From the NCBI GenBank assembly GCA_963695095.1, contig CAVOFT010000001.1:3392001-3456000 (forward strand): 64,000 bases of DNA, given 5' to 3'. Under the pieces are notes generated by a model. That model ran no database searches and was not told where the DNA came from. It was given only the letters and a program-made list of their open reading frames with translations. Made by a program: the position numbers and the translations under genes. Source of the stretch: an uncultured bacterium. Its GTDB lineage: Bacteria; Krumholzibacteriota; Krumholzibacteriia; JACNKJ01. Shown piece after piece: positions 1 through 9,542 of the stretch (position 1 is its first letter; every line of letters starts with the position of its first letter).

Positions 1-781
1 GCGGCGCGCCGGGCTCGGCGGCGAAGTCCTCGGGATCGAAGCCGTTGGTGATCACCACGAAGCGGGCCGCGGGCAGCTCCGGGTGCGCCGCCCGGAGGGC
101 GGCGGCCAGGGGCTCGGTGTTGCAGATCACGGTGGTCGCGCGGCGCAGGACCCAGCGCTCCAGGCGGAGGTTCCAGCGGCCCTTGCGCGCAGCCAGCAGC
201 TCCTCGGGAAACTGCAGGGTCCAGGGATCGCGGAAGTCCACCACCCAGGGCCGCCGCGCCAGCCCGGCGAGGAGGCCGCCGAGCAGGTGCGCCGTGGGCG
301 GCGGGCTCGTGCTGTAGATGACCCGCGGGCGATGGCGCAGCAGGGTCCAGACGCCGATCGCCAGCCCCGGCCCCAGCCAGCCGCTGTAGCCGTCGGGCGT
401 CGTGAGCAGGTCGACGAGGAGACCGAGCGGCCCGCCGCGCCCGGCCGCGGCCGCCTCTCCGTCGCCCTCGCCGGCCGCCCTGCCCGCGCCCTTGCTCCCG
501 TCCGCCGCGCGGCGAGCCGGGCGCAGGCGAGCCGGCAGGCTCTTCAGCCAGAGCAGCAGGTCCAGCGGATTCCAGACCGGCGAGCGGTAGACGCCCGTGC
601 CCGCCGGCACCTCGGCGAGCAGGCGCGGATCCAGGCGCGGATGCCGCGTGCGCTGGAGGGTGAGCACCTGCGGCTGCCAGCCGAGCGCGGGCAGGTACTT
701 GCTGAACTTGAGGGTGCGGAGCATGCCGCTCCCCCCCACGGGCGGATAGCCGTGGCTGATCATCAGCACCGTGCGCTTCAT
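1..781 (-). CDS. Glycosyltransferase family 4 (GT-B), 3' end runs off the window
   Basis: Manual translation from ATG at 781: MKRTVLMISHGYPPVGGSGMLRTLKFSKYLPALGWQPQVLT, a typical GT4 N-terminus; ATGA overlap with the upstream stop. Confidence 0.85.
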   Translation of the reverse strand, partial: MKRTVLMISHGYPPVGGSGMLRTLKFSKYLPALGWQPQVLTLQRTRHPRLDPRLLAEVPAGTGVYRSPVWNPLDLLLWLKSLPARLRPARRAADGSKGAGRAAGEGDGEAAAAGRGGPLGLLVDLLTTPDGYSGWLGPGLAIGVWTLLRHRPRVIYSTSPPPTAHLLGGLLAGLARRPWVVDFRDPWTLQFPEELLAARKGRWNLRLERWVLRRATTVICNTEPLAAALRAAHPELPAARFVVITNGFDPEDFAAEPGAP

Positions 782-1755
782 GCCCCAGTCCCCTCCCGGG
801 TGCCGATAGTGGCGGCCAGCCAGGCGTCGATGGCCGCCAGGAGGCGCTGCTGCGCCGCGTCGGGCGCGAACTCGTGATTGCTCTCGGGAATGACGACCTT
901 CGCGTAGGGCCGCTCGCGGCCGGCCAGGCAGACCTGCTCGAAGTCGCCCTCGAAGTCGTAGCGCGCCCGCTCCTGCTCGCTGTAGATCCAGAGCATGGCC
1001 AGCCGCGCGGCCACGGCGTCGTAGGCGCGCAGGAAGTTGCGGTTCATGCCCGCGGGCACTTCGCGCTTCGCCGCGGGCGCGGCGGGCGCGCGGCGGCCGA
1101 CCAGGCGCCCCAGACGGCGGGCGGCGGTCTTCCAGATGAGGCGGTACTCGCTCTTGCCCGCGAAGAAATTGCGCCAGGCGGCCGGGCTCACCAGCTTCTT
1201 GAGGTAGAGCGTCAGGATGAAGTCCGAGAACTCGCCGCTGATCTGATCGGCGAAGTCGGCCTCCTGATCCAGCACCTTGACCGGCAGCTGGAAGCCGATG
1301 AGGCCGCTCACGCGCGGGTCGCGCTCGGCGGCGTAGAGGCCCGTGATCGCGCCGCCGCAGAGACCGCAGGCGATGACCCGTTCGAGGCCGGCCCGCGCGC
1401 AGAAGGCGCTGAGGGCATCCAAGGCGTTCTCGGCGAAGTGGCCGTTTTGCACGGCCTCGTGGAGCACGGGCACCTCGTCGCTGAACAGCTCGCCCTCCGC
1501 GTCGCCGGTGCCGTGAAAGTCGAAGCGGAAGACGGCCAGGCCCCGCTCGGTGAAGAAGCGCGCCAGCTTGATGTGCAGCCGGTGCGGACCCACGCGGTGC
1601 TTGAGCCCGGGACTGAGCAGGAGCAGGCCGGGGGCGCCGGCCAGCGGCTGCGCCGGTCGGCTGAGGATGCCGGGCAGGCGATGGCCGCCGCTCGTGAACA
1701 GGACGATCTCCTCATTCAGCGCAGAGGTCGGACTTGCCATGAGTGGCCCGCTCAC
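778..1755 (-). CDS. Alpha/beta hydrolase, exosortase-associated hydrolase 1-like
   Basis: RVGPHR, FRFDFHGTGDAEG, nucleophile-elbow GLCGGA, C-terminal NHEF; GTG start overlaps the upstream TGA. Confidence 0.8.
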   Translation of the reverse strand: MSGPLMASPTSALNEEIVLFTSGGHRLPGILSRPAQPLAGAPGLLLLSPGLKHRVGPHRLHIKLARFFTERGLAVFRFDFHGTGDAEGELFSDEVPVLHEAVQNGHFAENALDALSAFCARAGLERVIACGLCGGAITGLYAAERDPRVSGLIGFQLPVKVLDQEADFADQISGEFSDFILTLYLKKLVSPAAWRNFFAGKSEYRLIWKTAARRLGRLVGRRAPAAPAAKREVPAGMNRNFLRAYDAVAARLAMLWIYSEQERARYDFEGDFEQVCLAGRERPYAKVVIPESNHEFAPDAAQQRLLAAIDAWLAATIGTREGTGA

Positions 1756-2585
1756 GAGGCGCTCTCCCCGCGCCAGCCGCCGGCGAACCACTCCAGCAGG
1801 GGCGCGAAGAGCGCCGGCCCGCCGGTGGCGAAGCGCTTCTGCTCGCCCCAGAGCTGCGGGTGGACGAGGGTCGCCAGCCGCGAGGCCGGGTGCCCCGCGA
1901 GGCCCGCGAAGACCGCGCGCGCGTCGGCGTCGGCGGGAGCGTCCTCGCGGCGGGTCAGGGCGAGCACGAGGCCGGGCCCGGCGTAGCTCGCCGTCTCGGC
2001 CGAGAGCTCCGTCAGCTCGTCGAAGCAGCGGGCCGAGAGGTGGTAGCCGTCGAGGTTGAGCAGTCCCGTCTTGCGCATGTCGGCGAGCAGGGTGTCGCGA
2101 TCCCAGCGCACTTCGCCGTAGATGCCCAGCTGGGTGGTCAAGCTGCTGCGCAGGGCCTTGAGCAGGAAGTCGCCGCCCTTGGCCAATGGACCGACGAGGG
2201 CCAGCGATGCCGCGCCGAGGGCGCCGGCCTGGGCGAGGGCCAGCGTGGCGCCCAGACGCCAGCCGAAGAGGTGCAGCTCGCCGACGCCTTCAGCGGCGCG
2301 AAATGCGGTCGCGGCGGCGGCGAGATCCTCGATCATGCTGGTCAGGGTCAGCTCATGGTGCTCACGGTCGCTATCGCCGTGGCCGCGATGGTCGAAGCGC
2401 AGCACGGGCAGGCCGGCTGCGGCAAGCTCCCGCGCGAGCAGCGTGCTCGCCCGCCCGGTCCAGAGCTTTTCCTCGGCGAAGGGATGCAGCATGAGCACGC
2501 CGCCGCTGCCGCTGCGCGCTTCAGGCCGGTGGGTGACCGTGAAGATCTTCTCCCCGGCTACGGGGAGGTAGGCGAAGGTCTCCAA
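1752..2585 (-). CDS. Alpha/beta hydrolase, exosortase-associated hydrolase 2-like
   Basis: HPFAEEK, RFDHRGHGDS, FGWRLGA motif; paired with the hydrolase 1-like gene. Confidence 0.8.
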   Translation of the reverse strand: METFAYLPVAGEKIFTVTHRPEARSGSGGVLMLHPFAEEKLWTGRASTLLARELAAAGLPVLRFDHRGHGDSDREHHELTLTSMIEDLAAAATAFRAAEGVGELHLFGWRLGATLALAQAGALGAASLALVGPLAKGGDFLLKALRSSLTTQLGIYGEVRWDRDTLLADMRKTGLLNLDGYHLSARCFDELTELSAETASYAGPGLVLALTRREDAPADADARAVFAGLAGHPASRLATLVHPQLWGEQKRFATGGPALFAPLLEWFAGGWRGESAS

Positions 2586-2629
2586 GCTCTCTCTCTCACC
2601 TGCGGCGGCGGGCGATCGCCCGCCAGGAC

Positions 2630-3904
2630 CTAGAGCCGCTCGTTGTACCGCTCGACGAGGTGCTGCAACTGGCTCCAGTGGATGTGGCCAGCGCGCAGCT
2701 TCAGGTTGAGCGCGTCGATCTGCCTGCGGTCCGCCGGGGGGAGATCGTAGCTGATGTACTCGTAACTGTTGAAGTGCAGGTCCACCTGGCTCCAGCCGGC
2801 GGTATTCGCCACGAAGGTCGGATTCTCGCGCGTGCCCAGGCTATAGGGCGCGGCGGCCGCCATCGAGATGAACTCGTTGGGCCACTGATCCTCGCCGCGC
2901 GCGGCGCGCTCGTAGTTCTGGATTCCACCCAGCACGCTGTCGATGGTGACCATGTTGGTGCCGAACATCATGTAGTTCGGGCTGCTGTGGCCGCTGATGC
3001 CGAGGGGGAAGAGATTGGTGGCCTCGGTCTCCTCGAAGGGGTGGCCCTCGTGGTCCCAGGTCATGAAGGCGCCCTCGATCGCGATCAGGCGCAGCTTGCC
3101 CTGCACGAAGGGCGAGGCCGCGAGCTGGCAGATGTTCTCATAGCGATCGATGTGCAGCTCGGCCGGCAGCTCCTGGCTGCCGAAGTGGTTCTTCATGCTG
3201 CCCGTCACGTAGGACTTGTGTCCCTTCTGCAGGCCGACGGCGATGACGTGATCCGCCTGGCTGAGCACGGTGGGGAAGCGGTGCGTGGTGTCGATGGCCG
3301 GGAAGTAGACGGTGGCGTTGCCGTCCCAGCTCACGTTGACGTTGTTGACGTAGGCCACGTCCGAATCCCAGCGCGCGCGCCAGTAGTCGGGCAGCTTGCG
3401 CACGACGTCGAAGACCTTGATGTTGGCCGCGGGCACGCCGAACTGCTTGAGGCTCTCGATCACGGCATAGGCCATTTCGCAGGTCTGATTGGCGTTGTAG
3501 TCGTAGCTGTTGAGGTTCAGCTTGATCGCGATCTTGTGGCCCGGCTGGTAGCCGACGAGCAGGTTCTGCCAGGCGTTGACGACGTTCTGCTGTCCCGTGA
3601 GGGAGGAGATGCCACGGGCGAACATGTCGTCGTAGACGGATTGCTTGACGTAGTTGTAGAAGAGCGGATCGCTGAAATTCCAATCCTGCATGGTGCCGCA
3701 GTGAATGCGCACGACGCGATTCGCCGGCGGGGCGCCCCAGGCCTCGGGCACGATGCCCAGACCGGGCAGCGACAGCGCGCCGAAGGCGCCGCCAGCGGCC
3801 AGCGCGCTCAGCTTGAGGAAGTCGCGCCGGTTGTACTGGGAAATCTGCTCAGGCGTCGGACGGTAGCCCCGGATCTCGGCTTCGTGAGTCGGTTGCTTGG
3901 ACAT
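2630..3904 (-). CDS. Tat-exported DUF362-like protein
   Basis: Twin-arginine signal NRRDFLKLSALAAGG; KIAIKLN and KGH..VTGSMKNHFG motifs resemble DUF362. Confidence 0.7.
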   Translation of the reverse strand: MSKQPTHEAEIRGYRPTPEQISQYNRRDFLKLSALAAGGAFGALSLPGLGIVPEAWGAPPANRVVRIHCGTMQDWNFSDPLFYNYVKQSVYDDMFARGISSLTGQQNVVNAWQNLLVGYQPGHKIAIKLNLNSYDYNANQTCEMAYAVIESLKQFGVPAANIKVFDVVRKLPDYWRARWDSDVAYVNNVNVSWDGNATVYFPAIDTTHRFPTVLSQADHVIAVGLQKGHKSYVTGSMKNHFGSQELPAELHIDRYENICQLAASPFVQGKLRLIAIEGAFMTWDHEGHPFEETEATNLFPLGISGHSSPNYMMFGTNMVTIDSVLGGIQNYERAARGEDQWPNEFISMAAAAPYSLGTRENPTFVANTAGWSQVDLHFNSYEYISYDLPPADRRQIDALNLKLRAGHIHWSQLQHLVERYNERL

Positions 3905-3978
3905 GGTGCTGCGCCTCGTGCTTGTCTGCGGTTGACGATTGCTCCCCCGACCGCCCCGCGGGCAATCAGGGTTTGGCC

Positions 3979-5370
3979 TCACCCCTCCGGTCCACTCGTG
4001 CCCTCGACTGGCGCAATGCGGACCGAACCGCCTGGAAATGCGCCTCCTGCGAGCGGATAACTATAGCAAAAAGCGGGCGGAAAACCACCCGGATTCGCGA
4101 TTGCTGCCGGCGAGGCGCCGGTCGCAGGCAGGGCTTCGGCGATGCCGGCCAGCGCCTGTTCGGCCCTGAGCGCGTACAGCAGGGCCGCCCGCGGATAGAG
4201 GCGGTCGATCGCGGTGGTCGAGGCCACCACCATGTAGAGGAACCATTCGTGGGCCTTCACGGAGAAGATGGTGTTGAAACAGAAGCCGATGAGACTGATG
4301 CCCAGGGCCTCGGCCCAGAGGAACTCGGGCCCATCCGGTTTGATGCGCTGGAAGCGGCGCCAGCTGCGCCAGAGCATCTGGAAAGCCGTGATGATGATCC
4401 CCAAGTAGCAAATGCCGCCGATGAGGCCGCTCTCGGCGAAGACCTTGATCACCGTATTGTGCGCCTGGATCTTGCGGCCGGCCCCGAAATCGTCCGAGAG
4501 GTCGGCGAAGTTGCCCGAACCGACCCCGATCAGGGGGCTGCTCTTGAGCATCTGGAAGCCGGCGTACCAGGCGTCGAAGCGGTGCTGCACGCTCTCGTCC
4601 TGGCCGCTGAAGTCCTTGGCGTCGCTGCGCGTGAGCAGCAGCTTGCTGCCCACGATGAAGACCACGATCACCGCGGGCACGAGCAGCACCCCCCGCCCCA
4701 GCTTGCCCAGCGAGCGGCCGCGCAGGAGGGAGAGGCCCATCACCAGCGAGAGGCCGATCAGGCCGGCGCGGCTGAGCGTGCGCAGATCCGCGTAGAGCAG
4801 CACACCCATGGCGAGCAGGGCGATCACCCTGACGAACGCGTTTCGCTGCAGATCGAGATACTTGAAGATGAGCGGCCAGGCGCAGACGATGATCAGGGCC
4901 AGGTCGTTGGCGCCGCTATAGGCGCCGTAGCTGCTGAGCCGGCCGCCGACGAGCTGGGGATGCGAGAGCGGCTGGGTGTGGTAGACCCAGATGGCGTGCC
5001 CGGCCAGCCAGGTGGCGGCAAGCAGGACCAGGGCCCAGTAGTTGCGCAGGCGCTGGGGCGTGTCCACCTGGCTCGAGATCAGGAAGTAGCCGAGCAGCAG
5101 GACGCCCCACATCAGGGCGGTCTCGATCACCATGGGAATGTAGAGGAACTGCAGCACCGATAGGATTTGGGCGATCACGAAGCCGGTGATAAAGTAGCCG
5201 AGACGGGTGCGCGGCCGCAGCGGATCCGGGGCCTTGGGCGCCACGCCCCAGGCCAGCAGCGCCAGCAGGCCGACCAGGAAGAGCGGACGCGTCGAGGCCA
5301 TCGCCGGCCACAGCACGCCCGGCTGGAAGATGGCGAAGAAGCCGAAGAGGGCTGTCAAGAAATAGGCCAC
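3979..5370 (-). CDS. O-antigen ligase/Wzy-like polymerase
   Basis: Multi-TM protein with GANDLA, TLSRAG, PLIGVGSGNF, AHNTVIKVFAESGLIG motifs. Confidence 0.85.
   Translation of the reverse strand: MAYFLTALFGFFAIFQPGVLWPAMASTRPLFLVGLLALLAWGVAPKAPDPLRPRTRLGYFITGFVIAQILSVLQFLYIPMVIETALMWGVLLLGYFLISSQVDTPQRLRNYWALVLLAATWLAGHAIWVYHTQPLSHPQLVGGRLSSYGAYSGANDLALIIVCAWPLIFKYLDLQRNAFVRVIALLAMGVLLYADLRTLSRAGLIGLSLVMGLSLLRGRSLGKLGRGVLLVPAVIVVFIVGSKLLLTRSDAKDFSGQDESVQHRFDAWYAGFQMLKSSPLIGVGSGNFADLSDDFGAGRKIQAHNTVIKVFAESGLIGGICYLGIIITAFQMLWRSWRRFQRIKPDGPEFLWAEALGISLIGFCFNTIFSVKAHEWFLYMVVASTTAIDRLYPRAALLYALRAEQALAGIAEALPATGASPAAIANPGGFPPAFCYSYPLAGGAFPGGSVRIAPVEGTSGPEG
4060..4068 (-). promoter_or_regulatory. 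Possible extended -10 element (TGcTATAGT) upstream of the DUF362 gene
   Basis: AT-rich TGnTATAGT about 155 nt upstream of the 3904 start. Confidence 0.3.
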
Positions 5371-5470
5371 GGTTCTGTCCTGGATCGGGCGCTGGCGGCG
5401 GCCGCCGAGGGGCCGGCGCCCCTCGTCTGTCCTAACTCAAGATCGGCCGGCAGGCCAGGAAATTGAAGCG

Positions 5471-6337
5471 ATGAAACTGGGAAAGCTGAAGCGGCTGGCC
5501 AGCCCGCAGGGCGGCCCCGTGCAGGCGGTGCTCACCTTGCTCGTCCTGGCGGCCTTCCTGGCGCTCTATCGGGATGTGCTCGTGGAGCTCGTCCAGCAGT
5601 GGATGAGCGACAAGAACTACACGCACGGCCTGCTGGTTCCACCCCTGGCCGCCTTCCTGCTCTATCGCAGCCTGGACCGGCTGCCGCGGGTGAGCGAGCC
5701 CAGCCTGCGCGCGGGCCTGCCTTACCTGTTGCCGGGCTTCGCGCTGTTCGTGGGCGGCACCGCCGCCGCGGAGCTGTTCACCCTGCGCCTGTCCCTGCTC
5801 TTCATCTTCTGGGGAATCGTGCGCGGCCTCTACGGCCCGCGCAGCTTTCGCGTCCTGCGCTTCCCGCTCTTCTTTCTGCTGTTCATGATCCCCCTGCCCT
5901 ACGCCTTCTTCTATCGGGTCGCCTTCCCGCTGCAGTTGCTCAGCGCCGAGGCCAGCGCGAAGGCGCTGGACTTCCTCGGCGTGGTTCATGTCCAGACGGG
6001 CAACATCATCCATCTGCGCGAGACCAGCCTGGACGTGGTCACGGCCTGCAGCGGCCTGCGCAGCCTGCTCGCCCTGATCACCTTCGCCGTGCTCGCCGCG
6101 GGCCTCTTCCCCATGCGCCGCAGCCTGCGCGGTCTGCTGGTGGCCCTGGCCGTGCCCATCGCCATGGCCACCACCGCCCTGCGCATCGTGCTGACGGCCG
6201 TCTTCATCCACCTGTCCGGACCCGGCTTCCTGGAAGGCGCACTGCACCCGGCGATGGGCCTGGCCACCTTCGGCCTGGGCGTGGCTCTGCTCTTCATCCT
6301 GGGAGGAGGCTTCCGGTGGCAGCCCCCATCCGCGTGA
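5471..6337 (+). CDS. Exosortase (EpsH family)
   Basis: YTHGLLVP, VVTACSGLRSL (catalytic Cys), conserved Arg in TALRI and His in ALHPAMG; multi-TM. Confidence 0.9.
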   Translation: MKLGKLKRLASPQGGPVQAVLTLLVLAAFLALYRDVLVELVQQWMSDKNYTHGLLVPPLAAFLLYRSLDRLPRVSEPSLRAGLPYLLPGFALFVGGTAAAELFTLRLSLLFIFWGIVRGLYGPRSFRVLRFPLFFLLFMIPLPYAFFYRVAFPLQLLSAEASAKALDFLGVVHVQTGNIIHLRETSLDVVTACSGLRSLLALITFAVLAAGLFPMRRSLRGLLVALAVPIAMATTALRIVLTAVFIHLSGPGFLEGALHPAMGLATFGLGVALLFILGGGFRWQPPSA

Positions 6338-6946
6338 GGATCGTGCTGCTCGCCCTGCTGCTGGCCGGCTCTCGGCCTGGGGCCGGCGCTCGCCACGCGC
6401 AACGGCGGCCACGTCTACCAGGCGCGGCTGACCGCGATTCCCCTCAGCATCGGCGACATCACCGGCAGCGAAGATCCCCTCGACGACGAGATCGCCGGCA
6501 TCCTGCAGGCTTCACAGACCCTCAACCGCAGCTATCGCCAGGGGGAACACTCCTACTGGCTCTTCATCGGCTACTTCGCGCAGCAGCGCTTCGGCAGCCA
6601 GATCCATTCGCCGCGGCACTGCTACCCCGGCAGCGGCTGGAACATCCTCAGCGCCGCCAAGAGCAAGCGCCTGGGCGGGCCCAGCGGGGAGCTGCTCATC
6701 CAGCGGGAGAAGCAGCACCGCGTGGTGCTCTACCAGTATCTGACCCGCGGCGGCGCCACCACCAGCGAGCTGCGCCTGAAGGCGGAGCTGGCCCTGGGCG
6801 GCCTGCTCGGCCGACCCATCGACGCCGCCTTCATCCGCTACTCGACGCCCCTGGACCCGGGCGAGAGCGAGGCGGCGGCGCTGGAGCGCCTGGGCCATTT
6901 CGCGCGCACGCTGCAGCCGGCAGTGCGCCCCGCGCTCCCTTTCTGA
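6316..6946 (+). CDS. epsI: EpsI family protein, +1 frameshift near 6370
   Basis: GGAGG RBS then GTG 6316 (MAAPIRVRIVLLALLLAG); after a +1 shift the frame contains HSPRHCYPGSGW, the EpsI motif. Confidence 0.75.
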
Positions 6947-7034
6947 GGAACGCGTTGCCGGCGCGCAGCCGCTTGCGCTATGTTGAATCAGTGAGCGCTT
7001 TCCCCGCGCCTGCCCCCGGGAAGGGATAGGGCCG

Positions 7035-9443
7035 ATGCAACGGCTCCTGGCCACCTTCGTCGCGATCGCCCTGCTCGGCGCCGGCTGCACCCTGATCGAG
7101 AGGGACCGCACGCCGAGCCCCAACCAGCGGCCGGAGGCCGTGCTCAGCGGCGGCCCCGCGGACGGCGATCCGGACGTCTTCTACCGCGTGCACTTCAACT
7201 GGTTCGGTCACGATCCCGACGGCCGCGTGGTCCGCTTCGAGTGGCTGCTGACCAACGACGAGGTGACGGGCCCGCTCATCATCGACGCGGACATCTACGC
7301 TCGCCTGTCCGCCCTCGGCTACACGTGGACCTCGACCACCGCCTTCCAGGCCCAGCTCGTCGTGAGCGCCGACCAGTTCCCCGATCTCGGCGCGCCCGCG
7401 GATTCCATCTACTGGGAGCCCGACCCGCTGCGCTTCCACGCCCAGCACAGCTTCTTCCTGCGCGCCTTCGACGACGACGGCGCCGTCTCGGCGCTGCCCG
7501 CCCACCGCAGCTTCACCGCCACCACGCTGGCGCCCGAGGTCCAGATCACCCACCCCGCGGACCTCGGCCTGCCCGGCGGCGACGAGACCGTCGCCACGGT
7601 GCTGCGCTTCCGCTGGACGGGCTGGGATTCCCTGCAGGACGGCAGCGTGATCGAGCCCGACTCCAGCCGCTTCGCCCTGTTCCGGCGGGCGGACCTGCCG
7701 CTGGACGAGGAGAGCGGCCTCCTGCTCACCCTGCCCGACAGCGCCTGGAGCCCCTGGCGCGGCTGGCGCGATCAGGACGCCGACGGCGAGGCCGGCGGCC
7801 GGCAGGTGCTGCTGCGCGATCTGGAATCGATCGCGGGCGGCGGCAGCGCCGGGTTCTACCAGTTCTTCGTCCAGGCCAAGGACGAGGCCGGCGCGGTGAC
7901 CAGCCACTTCCAGGACGGCGTCAACCTGCGCCGCCTGCGCGTGGTGACCAGCCTCGCGCCCCAGCTGCGCCTGCTCGGCACGGTCTGCGGGCTGCGCGTC
8001 TTCCAGCATTCGGCGACCCTCGACCTCGAGGCGCCGGCCGCGGTCCCCGTCTCCTTCAGCTGGAGCGGCAGCGCCGAAGACTACGGCAGCGAGATCGCGG
8101 CCTACCGCTTCGGCTGGGACATTCTCGATCCGGAGAACGACGAGGAATGGAGCGACTGGTCGCTGACTGCCACGAGCACGCAGGCCGACTACCCGGGGGG
8201 CGAACACCGCCTGCGCGTGGCCTGCCGCGACCTGTCGGGCAACATCACCGCGGTCGAGCTCGTGCTGCAGTTCACCCCGATCACGCTGGAGCGCGATCTG
8301 CTCGTCATCGACGACTACGACAACCTCGCCGGCGAGGACCCCTACCAGGGCTGGCCTCTGGGCGACCCCGCCACCTGGGGCAACTACTCCCTCACGAATG
8401 CCGAGATGGAGACCTGGTGGAACGCGCTCCTCGCCGACTACGGCGGCTATGAACCCGGCATCGACCATCTCCGCTTGACCGTCGCCCAGCCGGCGCCCGA
8501 TCTCGCCCAGCTCGGCAGCTACGCGCCGCGCGATCTGGGAAGTGAAGGAGTCCCTCGCCGGCCAATCGGGGCTCAAGCGCCTGGCGGGCTTCGTCGATCC
8601 CGACGCCGGTCGGCGCTCAGCATCAGGACCTGCTGTCGATCTGGCTCGAGGCGGGCGGCCGACTGCTGCTCTGCGGCTCGCGTCCGCTCCACAACCTGCT
8701 GCCCGTCGCCGGCGAGATGGGCGATCCCGCCTACGAACGCCGCCAGCCGCTCGCCTTCCTGCGCGACCTGCGCCTGAGCGAGGCGAGCGCCGCCGAATCC
8801 CAGGCTGCGGGCCAGCGCTTCCTGCCCTGGCGCTGGTTCGGCATCGATGCCAGCGTGCTGCCGGCGAACGCCGACCCGCGCGCCCTTGCCCGATGCGGGC
8901 GACGACTGGCCGACGGATCGCAGCTACTGGGGCCTCGTCGGCGCGGGCGTCGAGCGCGCCAGCCTCGCCGAGTTCGGCAATGCGCTGGGCTGGGCGCCCC
9001 CGGACACCCTGCGCTTCCGGCCCGAGGTCTATCAGTGGTTCGCCGCCGCCTGGCCCATCTTCGCGCCCGCGGCCGGCCGCTTCGGCCTGGCCGATGCGGA
9101 GATCTACAACTGGGACTGGCTGGCCGCCGCCTACTCGCCACCGCTGGCCTATCGCGAGAGCGAGTACCGGCCGCTTCTCTACTATGTGCCGGCGGACTCG
9201 ACGACGCGCTGGGGCCGGGCGCCCGCGGCCGAGCACGCGGCGACGACGCCCGGGGGCGCGCCCTACTGCGAGGCCTGCTACAGCAGGGGCGGCCCGGGCC
9301 GCCACGCCCTCGCCGTGGTGGGCCTGGGCGAGGCGGCTTCGCCCAGCGTGCTGCTGGGCCTGACGCCCTACTACCTGGCGGACGAGGATGCCCGCGGGCT
9401 GATCGGGCACATCCTCACGGATATCATGGCGCTGCCGCGCTGA
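7035..9443 (+). CDS. Large lipoprotein of unknown function with Ig/FnIII-like modules; three +1 frameshifts (~8523, ~8609, ~8888)
   Basis: Lipobox LLGAGC; sensible protein continues across successive frames (YRRAIWEVKES / VGAQHQDLLSIWLEAGG / PDAGDDWPTDRSYW) to GHILTDIMALPR*. Confidence 0.65.
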
Positions 9444-9445
9444 GC
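9406..9445 (+). repeat. 40-bp exact direct repeat, copy 1
   Basis: GGCACATCCTCACGGATATCATGGCGCTGCCGCGCTGAGC, identical to 10788-10827. Confidence 0.9.
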
Positions 9446-9542
9446 AGAATGGACCTTGAAGGCGCGCGGCTGCAGTATTGGATGTTGATGCGCGCCACGT
9501 CGCTGGTGGCGGGGCTCGGTCATCCGGGAAGGGAGGGCTCCC

